In this document: positions 54,223 to 63,878 of the stretch, in pieces
How the letters are laid out: the number at the start of each line of letters is the position of its first letter
Position numbering within the stretch: position 1 is the stretch's first letter
Assembly (NCBI GenBank): GCA_977016875.1
Contig: CDRNST010000008.1
Coordinates: forward strand, 3,720,123-3,784,000
DNA: 63,878 nucleotides
Direction of reading: 5' to 3'
Source of the DNA: Pavona decussata
Taxonomy: Eukaryota
Translations under genes and position numbers: made by a program
Notes under the pieces: generated by a model
The model's input: the letters and a program-made list of their open reading frames with translations, nothing else
Databases searched by the model: none
What the model was told of the DNA's origin: nothing

Positions 54223-55284
54223 ATATAGTAATTGAATCTTTCCTGTCCTTGCGAAAAATATTTATTAAAATAGGATGAAATTAACACAGTACACACAAAC
54301 ATTAAACACCTTGAAGGCTTTCCTTTGGATCGCATACCGAAACCCAAACCTATCCTACCACAGTTAAGATCCAAAGTGTAATGAAAGAAGAATACAGTGT
54401 AGTGCTATTGTGGAGTATAATTTGTTTAAATTAGGACCTCTAGTTTCAAAGGCTGAAATGCCCCTAAGCCGGGCTGAAATGTGTTCCGGCAGAGTCGGCT
54501 AAAATGGTCTTCAGATAGGGCTCTTTTGCCTCAAATTACATGATAACCAAAATGGCTCCTAGAGGGGTTTATTGTGACCCAAGGTCGCAAAAGATGAATT
54601 GGCACTTTGAGGCTGAAACAAATCTCTTGAATTTACGGTGCAGAAAGTAATGACAAACGTTCATGTTTGTCTGCAAGGTCAACTGTTTTGAAGAAACGGT
54701 TGTTAACGGTTGAAGAATGCGGCTGAGGTTGGCAGTGGCAACACTATCAGACCCTATCAGCCAAGGAGAATAAAGGAACGAACTGCGGATGGTAAAGTAA
54801 TAATCCATACCAACTTTAAAGGAGAAAGACAAGACCACAATTTGCATAATTAACTGTGCCATCTAAGGCACTTGGTCACTTGCTCCATCCAGTTTTGTTT
54901 CGCTTAAAGAAAAAAGAGGGACATAAGAGGTACGGCTTGTTGCAGGGCAAACATGCCCAGAGTGTTGTGGATGTGTTGGTGACCCTTATGGTCCATATCG
55001 ATCAGAAATGTTGAGGTATGCACATCTAGTTTTTAGGCAACATCACCGAGATAACTAACGTGTTTACGCATGTTTAATGAGGGGATCCCCAAACTATTTC
55101 AGTTACTCAGACCAATTTTGCTGGGGTTAGATCTACGCAATCGTTGACATGTCACACTACAATGAAAATATGGAATCAGGCAGACATTCACTTTTTTGTC
55201 ACACTTACATGTAATAAAAACGATCACAAATTTCTCATATGAAAGAAGTGTGATGTTACGTTTTATGCCTGGCAAATAAATGAT

Positions 55285-55600
55285 AATTTACAAACACTAC
55301 CATCTTCAACATAATGACCAGATACCACAGCGTTTTTTAGAACTGTTTCACGTTCTTGCGAAATGCACCAGCAAATTTGATTGCCTCATTCATGAGATGC
55401 TATTCATACGCAAACTGAAACCAGAACTGAACGTGCAAACTGATTCAATTCGCGCTAAAGTATTTGTTTAACCATCTATTAATATGTTAATTTTCAGGTC
55501 TAGCCTATTTAAATATCCGCGTTCACAAACTGATTTTTTCTCTTGATAATGGAGTCAAGATGACTCCGAAACGTCGAGCCTTAAATCTCTCTGTAATTTT
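55285..55600 (+). mobile_element. 3' end of Penelope-like element with hammerhead-like motif
   Basis: FHVLAKCTSKFDCLIHEMLFIRKLKPELNVQTDSIRAKVFV* (GIY-YIG C-terminus) followed by CTTGATAAT-GGAGTCA-AGA-TGACTCC-GAAACGTCG. Confidence 0.78.
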
Positions 55601-55705
55601 TGCAAATAAATGATAGACGTATTTTTCAGTCATTAACAAAAACGTTCTCGGAAAAAGGAAGTCCAAGTTCTCCCAACAGGAGTTGAACCCATGTTCTTTC
55701 GGTTA

Positions 55706-56130
55706 GACTCAGGATTTGTATAAAAACGTCGAAAATTGGAGTTCAGGCTGAGCTGGAACTCGATGTTCTTAATTTTTTGTCGTTTGGGCCTGGAAAATTC
55801 TTAAGTGTGAGTTAAACATAAACGATTGACTGTAACCTCATCAGAAAAGATAGTCAATTTTTTGGCCTCGTGATGCTGTGGAGAAACACCTGCCCCAGTT
55901 TCCGTTATGTTTTCTATAGTATGTATTTATGTTACAACTTTTTTGTGTATGAGCAACAGACTCTCTAAAATATGTTCCAGTTTCCACAACAGTCACAAAT
56001 TACTCAACTTCATAAATAAAATATATAAAGAATACTTTCTTACGTCAGTCTCAGTCTTGGCAGGGTTCATAGTGTGTTCTTCCCAAGCTCTCGTTCTTAT
56101 TTAAAAAGGTTCTTATAAAAAAAATGAGTG
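55706..56130. mobile_element. TA-TSD MITE nested in SINE
   Basis: TA|GACTC...TATAAAAAC and GTTCTTATAAAAAAAATGAGTG|TA termini. Confidence 0.6.
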
Positions 56131-56214
56131 TACTTGTTCGGATGGTCTACCAGTGAGTTATAGGAGACTCATGGAGCTTGATCATTAGACATTCATGTGA
56201 CAAACATCCAATAA

Positions 56215-56559
56215 GGGAAGTGGTCAAAACTATTACACTCAAACAGGACCCACCAAACCAGAAAATAGCTGGTGATGTCTGCCTACACGCCCCTTCCTCA
56301 ACCCCAAAAGATGATGTCTTTATTGCATAGCCACCCCTCTATCCAGCAGTAAATGATGACAATGAGATACAAAACTCATTAATTTCTTGTTTATCTAGCA
56401 ATGCTGGCTCTTGCGAGCTTAATGTTTCTGTGTCAACTCAAATTTTAAAGCCAATAAAATTTTGTCGGTAATGTTCATGACTGATAGGTGGTGTGTTTGA
56501 TAACCCCCCTACCCCAGGGGGTGGGTCCTGTTCAAACAAACCCATTATGACCAGTTACC
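56215..56559. mobile_element. Harbinger-like MITE with TAA TSD
   Basis: TAA|GGGAAGTGGTCA...AACAGGACCCACC and GGTGGGTCCTGTT...TGACCAGTTACC|TAA. Confidence 0.65.
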
Positions 56560-56790
56560 TAACTGTTGTGATTTATGCTAAGGACAAACCGTTGTCGGGG
56601 CTACCCGAGCCTTTCACTCTCGACGGGTATGTTGTGTTTATTTCCAGTATGATAACTTGAGTGCAAATGTTTTGAAATTGTAAGAAAGGGTTACTTATCC
56701 TTTGAGTTCTTCTGGGCTAAATAGCACGCCAATGACATACCTCACACTTCTAACTTAGTCCTAAACAACCAATCATTGTCACACATTTAC

Positions 56791-57303
56791 GGGCGCGTTT
56801 TTTATTCACAATTCTGGAATGAGAATGGCCAGAATGTAAAATGCGCGCGTTTTTCCTATTCCGCATTCCTATTCTGGAATGGACAGAATGCCATTCCATC
56901 CATTCTGCTCCCAGGGGCAGAATGAACAGAATGTTGCGAATGAAAAGCCAAGATGGCGGACAGCGAGATGAGCGCTGCCGATTCAAATACGTCTCTACCG
57001 GAGAAAAAATCGGGTTATACTTTTGGACACAATGAAACATTGCTTCTAATTTCACTGTACCAAAAGTACGAGGTATTTTTCAGTGATGTTTCGTACAAGA
57101 AAAGGGCAATTTGGCGAATGATTGCCGACGACATGAAGAAAAATGGCTACTCTCCGTCGGCAATAACCTGCGAGAACAGGTGGAAATGTCTTACATCTTT
57201 CGTTCTGGCGGCGGGCGTTTTTTTATGCAGAAAATCCGAGTTATTCCTAGCATTCCGTACCAACTATTCTTATTCCAGAATTGTGGATAAAAAAAACGCG
57301 CTC
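56791..57303 (+). mobile_element. PIF/Harbinger deletion derivative retaining a Myb/SANT-like (trihelix) ORF start
   Basis: About 35-bp TIRs (GGGCGCGTTTTTTATTCACAATTCTGGAAT / ATTCCAGAATTGTGGATAAAAAAAACGCGCTC). The ORF from 56953 encodes F..NETLLLISLY...AIWRMIADDMKKNGYS.SAITCENRWKCL. Confidence 0.8.
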
Positions 57304-59159
57304 TTAGATTTTAAACCTTTATTTGTAACGAGTTTCTCACGTTTTTGTTTCTGTTCAGCCCCCAAGGAAGGTTTCTGTGGCAAACCGAAATATCAGACTA
57401 CCTGTCATAACATTTTTCAGTTTTTCTTGCCATTTTGTTTATTTTTCGCTACCTCCGTAGTTTGGATAAGTCTGCCGCCAATATTTTGCATTTCAAAAAA
57501 CACAACATCGATCAATCGTCTCTCAGCTTCTCACGCCAGCCGAGTAATAGAGACGAATGGCAAGCACATTGCTTGGTATTTCACGTCATTTGCGAAAAAC
57601 CTAGGAGGGAGCGGACATAATGGCTATTGACACCTCCCCCAGACCCAATTCCCCTGACTATCCAATAAACTTTTGTCAAAGAGAGAAGACATAAAAATTC
57701 TATCAGGCAAGCAAATATTTTATAAATATTTTCGAGATTTTAAAGGAAAATCCTTGAAACTCCTTTTGATCTGAAAGCGATCCAACGAAGTCTGCTGCAA
57801 TCCAAGATAGTACTCCTTCGGAACCTCAAAGATCCCCCTGAGAGGCTTCGGAGTCGTAGCCGTCAGACAGTATCATCATCCATCATCAGTGTCCTAGTAG
57901 TGACGACCAAAACAACAACAACCGTTTCACGCAGGGTTCATGCCACAGACAATAAAAGGCAAAAGATAAATCTAGATAATATTTTGATTATGTGAAAATA
58001 TTAAATTTTAACCGATTTTATACAGGATATTCAGTGTGCTGTCCAGAGGATTGGGAGTAGCGGTCAAATAGGCGGTCCAATAGGTAATACTTCAGGGACC
58101 TCCAGCTTTGTCAGGGGGACTTGGGGCAGGTTGGACTCTTCAAGGGGCGACCATTTTGAATTAGATAAAGCCCGATAATCTAGCTACAAATTGCTTCTGT
58201 TTGTCCAAGTAGTCCTTGCAAATTTAAAGTTCACGACTAAAGTCATTGTTTTGTTACAAATTGTCAATAACAACTATCCTATTCTGATCAAAAAAAGCCC
58301 AAAGAGCGAAAATTTAAAGACTACGCGTAATAGTGTTTTAATAGAAGCGAAACAACGGTAAGATCCTCTTGACAGTTGAAACGTTCTTGTTAAGAAGACA
58401 GTGGAAGTATACCTTCAAACCGGACTAATCACCATGGTCGATTTATGTCCTGACGTGAAACAAAATTGTACCATTTGTCCTCGGATAGTTAACAAATTTA
58501 AAATTACCGTTTCGTATCCTTCTAAATTATACTGTTTACTTGGAAACAACTGAAAATAAACTCACCTAGAAAACGTAAGCTCTGAGTTAAATGCACTAAT
58601 AAGAACGAAAGAACGCTGTACCTCCGCTTCGAATCCGTCTATCAAGTTGATATTTGCTTTCTTCACTTTCCGTGAACCACTGATGGCGGCAGACACGATG
58701 CGACCTCGGGCCCCACAGAATTAGATGTTTGATCAAATTTGACCGTCCCCTTTCAGCCACGGGGCTAAATTCCCCAGAATATCACCTAGGGAATATCGGG
58801 ATATTTTGTATTTTAGTTGGGGCATATTGCGTCACGGCGGACGCATTTAGTCGTTGCATCAGTTGGAACAAACAAGGACGTAAACGGGTGCTGGTTAGGT
58901 TAGAACTCTCAAGTCAACATCCTTTACAGGCATTTATGATGACTTAGTCAAATAATACTTTAAATACCTTCATAATAAAGTTGTACATGCCCCACTTATA
59001 TTTGTTATCTCAAGTTCTCGCTGTTTCACATGAAAAATGGCAAGTTAGAGTTTCCGCTAAGAAAATTCATTTGTTAAGTTAAGGGAACAATTCAAATCAC
59101 GTGACCTGGACATTTAGGGTTAGTTTTGGGTTAGAGTCGGGGTTTGGGCGTCGACTAGT

Positions 59160-59355
59160 AGGCCTTTCCCGATTGCGCTGAGCACCTTTTGAGCACTTTT
59201 TTTTAGTTTGGAGCACTATTTTGCATTTTGAGCACCCTTAAGCACTTTTTCGCACTTTGGGCAACATTTGAGCAATAATTCATATTTCGAGCAAAATTTG
59301 GAGCAACATATGTCTTCTAAAACATTTTAAAGCAAAAACTGTGTCGCTCGCAACG
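59160..59355. repeat. GAGCA(C/A) subterminal-repeat array, probable DNA-transposon end
   Basis: About 10 spaced TTTGAGCA(C/A) motifs after AGGCCTTTCCCGATTGCGC; partner end not found. Confidence 0.4.
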
Positions 59356-59529
59356 AGAATCGTGTTCCAGGTCATAAATTTGAATAAGTAATGATGTTGT
59401 CAAGAATAAAAGACTGTTGTCATGGGAAGACATGTGGACTTATCCTTACTGAGTGTGAGAACAGAAGTTTCTGATTGGCCGATGTATCATGTGTGTGTCA
59501 TCTCAAATTTCTCAATCATCCGATGTCTA

Positions 59530-59790
59530 GGCTTTGCATCCGCTTGAATCGAGACCGTCTACCTGCGCCACTGTTACTATTAAAGATGTTGTAGCTGGTC
59601 TTTTGTGACAACTTTGAGAAGTTCAAGGAGATCGGTGGTGGCTTCATTGAAAGTGGTTTCATTGAAAGCCTTTTCAGCGACAATCAGAATGCTTTCCTCT
59701 GGTAGCGAAAAACGTTTCTCGCACCGCTAGACAACCCTAGGCACACCCCCCCTTTTTAAGTCATTTAGCCTGAAGAAACTTATGCTAGAG
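59530..59790 (-). mobile_element. Penelope-like RT fragment
   Basis: Minus strand EESILIVAEKAFNE..FNE...DLLELLKVVTKDQL...QVDG, the same region as in the other PLE remnants. Confidence 0.6.
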
Positions 59791-60432
59791 ACACGCCTAT
59801 TGGATGCCCAAGTTTGACTTTGTGGCTAAAGGTGTGACTGATAACGAAAGGGTGGATTTGTTTTGGTTTTGTTTTGATTTGAATGTGAAACAACAGGTCA
59901 GGTTTCCGCCTGAGACGAAGGAACTTATTTTGTGTAGAAAAAAGGGGGTAATGGTATCTACAGGAAATACATTATGCAGTTGTATTGTTGGCTTTGTTAC
60001 AATAAAATGCACGGAAGCAATCTGTAGAATCGTGGACTAAAGACACGTTCAAAAGTCAAACGCCCGGCAACTGTGTTTAAGACATTGATTATAATGAAAT
60101 AAGAAAAGACAAACAAACAACAGAACAAAACTCTAATGAGGAAGAAGAAAGTAGTGGCCATTTGGAAACCTCAAATATTTGGCCCAGAGCCATAAGACAA
60201 CGATGCATAATTATTGAGATCTGACAAAGAGTTTTATTCTTTACCTTAGAAATAAAATAATAGCTCATGTGAAAGCTGTGATGGCTGCAGTGAAGTTAAA
60301 GACAATGTGTGCTAATATAATTTGCCGAGCCCTGACGCAATTGGATCCTTTCGAAGTGAACCCATTTAGGATCTCTGCGTGGAAGCACTTGACACTTGTT
60401 TATCAGCTTTTCCTAACCACAAAATTCGCACC

Positions 60433-60508
60433 GTGACAAAGCTCACAAAATAAAGCGGCAAACTTCGTCTCCTAGTGACAAAGCTCACAAAATAAAGCGG
60501 CAAACTTC
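60433..60508. repeat. 34-bp direct repeat (period 42)
   Basis: GTGACAAAGCTCACAAAATAAAGCGGCAAACTTC at 60433 and 60475. Confidence 0.9.
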
Positions 60509-61089
60509 CTCTGCTAAATACATAAATGATTTAACTGATAGTTGCGGAAAAGCTGTGAGAACCGCTTAATTTTATTATATGTTTCGTGAGCTTGATCAAC
60601 AGGTATTGATGTAAAGGAAAAAAACAATGTCGGTCGAAAAACGGCCTTTGTTGTCTGCAACTAACCATACCGCAAACTTGAAAAAAATGCGGCTTGTCGT
60701 GTTTGTTGAAAATAAATTGTGCTGGGATTACCAAAACTTGAATGAGTAAATTCAGTGTAGGAAGACGTACTTTGAAAGGTAAATAAATGTTGGCTATACC
60801 TGGCAAACTTGCGGGGGGGGAAAACATTGGATTGAACGCACTAGATGAATTTCAGAATTGGCTATTAATGGTATCAACAATTAAAAACTAAATATGCAGT
60901 AAGGTAACAGATAACAGCATTCAAAACCATATAGAAGAGATATCATCTTCTTTTACACACACTCTGAGGATACACACGTTCTGAGCGTCATATACTCTGA
61001 ACATAAGGACCACAAAAGTTAACATACAGCAATTGCGTTTTCTCTTCAAGATCAATCTGTCGAACGAAAGAACCTTTCAAGTCAATAGT

Positions 61090-63047
61090 CTAAAACACCG
61101 GATGCAGTGCGGCAATGTCGAGGCAAACCTCTGAACTCTGATAAAAAGGGTTTATGCTCTGCATTGCTTGTAAAGCATGTTCCATTTCTTTATGGGAGTA
61201 CCTTGAGGCTGCACTCACTTCATCTTTTGTTTCCTTTTTCCATTTTGTTCGCCGATTTTGAAACCAGGTTTTGACTTGAGTTTCTGTAAGGTTTACCTCT
61301 AAAGCAAGCTCAGCTCTCTTGTCCTCCGTTACGTACCGATGTTTGGCAAATTCGTTCTCCATGGTTTGAATTTGATGCGGTGAAAACAGTGGACGCAGCT
61401 TTTTCTTTCGCATAGGACGCCTTTTCTTCTTTGGAAAGATTCCTAAGAGAAGGAGCAGTGAAGTTATAATTATACGAAGAGTAAGAAAATTTTACTACAA
61501 CTGGAGTGTGAACGAAAAGTTGTTATATATTGTTGCAAGTTCAAGGGATACCAAACTAGGAGCCCTGATACAAGTGGTGTTGCCCTTTCCTTATAGTGTT
61601 AGCGAATCAAAATTGGCAGTTAACGAAGGAAAATTGAAATCTCATGATACATACCTTACAATTTTTCAAAAAGGATTAACAAGAAGCGACCTACAATAAT
61701 TTCAGGTTAATATTACTTACTCCTATGCTCTACTTCGGAGAACTGAAGAGCTCCGAGTTCAGCCATTAAATTTACAATTTATTAAAATCTTCTCCGAGCG
61801 TTCGAAGATGATCGGGCTTGTTAAAGAAGAACCCAACTCTGAAATGTGGTAAATAAGAAAAAGAAAAGTGTGTAACAAGACAATCTTAACTCTATTTTGA
61901 TAGCCTTTCAACAACAAACTGAATCTTCGTGGATCAGATCAAGGCAACTTGCTATATGCAGGAATCTTGGTACCATATTTTATTTTCATCTGAACAGTAG
62001 CGTGAGTGATTATTACATAACTACTTTAACCCTTTGGCTTAGTGGCTTCTTAAAATCTACGCCGGTTTAACAAAGCACAAGCGGCAGTACATCATGATTT
62101 TTGCACACATGCTGTTATCTGCTCTAAGGTTCCAAGAGTTACTGATTGTCTTTATAAACAGTAACTCCGGGCTTTAAGAAATGTTGATTTATCATACAAA
62201 ATAGACGGCTGTGTTCCCTCAAAGACAGTCAAAAACGATAATCCAGTTCCTAGAAGTTGAAGTCAACTATAGCAATTCCATTCTCAATTGTCGGAAGAGT
62301 GATTTGTTCCGGTGAACGACGACGAAATCTTAGCAGAAAACAAATATAGTAACTTCGCAACAACATCTCGTTCTCTTGCTTACAATTTATGAAGAAGGCA
62401 TATTAAGCTTGCACACTCCCGACAAAATGAAGCAGGAAATGAAATCAGAACCTTTTTCCGTTTTTGGATCGCCATCAGTGAGGGGAAACGAAGCATTTTA
62501 TGGAAATGACCTGCTGAAAATTGGACTGAAATCCTATTTTTAGCTTTTAAGAGTTTAACAAATAAATCTCAACATCAAACTAGTTAAAATCAATTTATTC
62601 TGGCTCAAAGAAATAGATAAAACTGGATAGTTATGGAGGCTTGTTGCTGTGTTTTCGCCGAATGCATAACCTGAACATAACAAACAACCTTCTGCAATAT
62701 GTTTAACTTATGTTACCTAATGGATGTCCCTGGTCCCTGAAAGGAAATAATCCACAGCTCCGATGATGAGTATAACGCATAGGACCAAAATCTTGCCAAT
62801 TTATGAGTCCAATGTGTGGTACATTTTGAGCGTAATTGTGTATAATGGGACGAAACACTCGAGGAACAATCGGAAAAGAGCGAGGACAACTCTCGGCTGG
62901 TGAACTGTTACCTGTAGCTGGGCTACAAACTTCTGCATTCTTATCAGAGAGATCTAATATTCTCCTTATCGAAAACGAGCTGTGTGGTCCGCACCTTGGA
63001 GGATTGATATGATGAAACGGCGAACAAGTGCCACCTCTCGTCGCCAT
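61090..63047 (-). CDS. NKL-subclass homeobox protein with eh1 motif, paralogue 3 (about 227 aa; exons 63047-62717, 61442-61090), altered C-terminus
   Basis: eh1 SSFSIRRILD; donor TTAG|GTAAC, acceptor TTAG|GA, phase 1; intact homeodomain. An optional in-frame upstream ATG at 63071 adds 8 aa. Confidence 0.88.
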
Positions 63048-63204
63048 CTTGTGAGGCCCTTTGGGGTCCATGTTTACTTTTTGGGAAACGCATCTCTGAT
63101 TAAAGACAGTGACCGCTGACTCTTAAACGAAGTTACGCGGGGCATTTACAATGTACCAATCACTGTCTGCCTAAAGCAGTAACAAAAATAAATCAACTCA
63201 CTTT

Positions 63205-63510
63205 GTTCCAACAACAACACATCCTTTATTTAACACGATCTGATTTGAAAATGCTCGTGGGGTCGTGTACACTATAAGGTAAAAAACTACTAGATAAAAA
63301 ATTTAAAATGTTTAAAATGGTACGCTATAGCTAATAGTAATATTTAGGAGTAATAGGATAAATAGATAAAATAAAAAAAATCGTGTGTTAAATATTAAAA
63401 CCTAATAACATTTATAAACGGTGTAATATTTGGGGAGTGATTGCACAGACTGGACGTAAAAGTCAAGGTCCTTAATAAATTTGCCTTTTTTCAAAATATT
63501 TGCCCTTTTT
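63205..63510 (-). mobile_element. Probable LINE 3' end abutting the copy-3 promoter
   Basis: Minus strand ends AATAAA...(GTT)n after a decayed GP...SLP.NI-like coding tail; homology to the copy 1/2 promoters stops here. Confidence 0.35.
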
Positions 63511-63878
63511 CCAGTTCCAACTGGAGTTGCCCCGGGTTCCAGTTCAGTGGTCAAGATTACAACTGGCTTCTTCGAGAAAAAAGAGCAGTTTGAGATTTGC
63601 GCCTAAATGAAAAGTATCTAATGAAGTTTCTTTGTAAATGGTTGAAAAAAAAACTACGACATCGTTATGATTGCCTCAGGTTCAAATACTCAAGGTAGAA
63701 GGTCAACAAAGCTTATGCTTGTTTTTGTTATAATTATAGCAGTAGTAGAGTTCATAGTCCAGTTTTCTACAACGTTTCTCACTTTAAGATTCCATTTTAT
63801 GTTTTTCTTGTCAATGTGTGACGATAGAAATTTCATCTCTCCAGGACAGTTTTACCTGCAGCATAGCATTTTTGGAGG

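Larger units (their letters stand above)
55645..56575 (-). mobile_element. tRNA-derived SINE split by two MITE insertions
   Basis: Removing 55706-56130 and one TA gives minus-strand AGTCTCCTATAACTCACTGGTAGACCATCCGAACAAGTAACCGAAAGAACATGGGTTCAACTCCTGTTGGGAGAACT, a tRNA-like head with A and B boxes. Confidence 0.6.

Noticed and set aside
59114-59148. Telomere-like TTAGGG stretch
   Set aside because: Only a few degenerate units; typical repeat-internal sequence rather than an interstitial telomere.

Overview
Eukaryotic, AT-rich, intron-containing animal DNA, most likely an anthozoan (stony coral); this is inferred from gene content and repeat types, not proven. There are two N gaps. Five spliced developmental transcription-factor genes can be built with canonical GT-AG junctions: a PRDM14 orthologue (+, 3 exons), Gbx (-, 2 exons), and three recent paralogues of a divergent NKL-subclass homeobox gene with an eh1 motif (two on +, one inverted on - beyond Gbx). 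Intergenic DNA is full of transposon debris: Penelope-like elements, nested LINEs, tRNA-derived SINEs, Kolobok/Harbinger/MULE/Tc1-type MITEs, and a 2.1-kb foldback element with a 10-bp TSD carrying a protein-kinase fragment. Most notable: (1) two identical Smad1/5-Smad4 composite elements (GGCGCC-N5-GTCTG), each preceded by a T-box-like site, bracket Gbx; (2) the triplicated homeobox array shows gene-conversion-like mosaicism, shared cis-blocks and a decaying third copy; (3) the kinase-carrying foldback transposon is inserted about 30 bp from the upstream Smad element.
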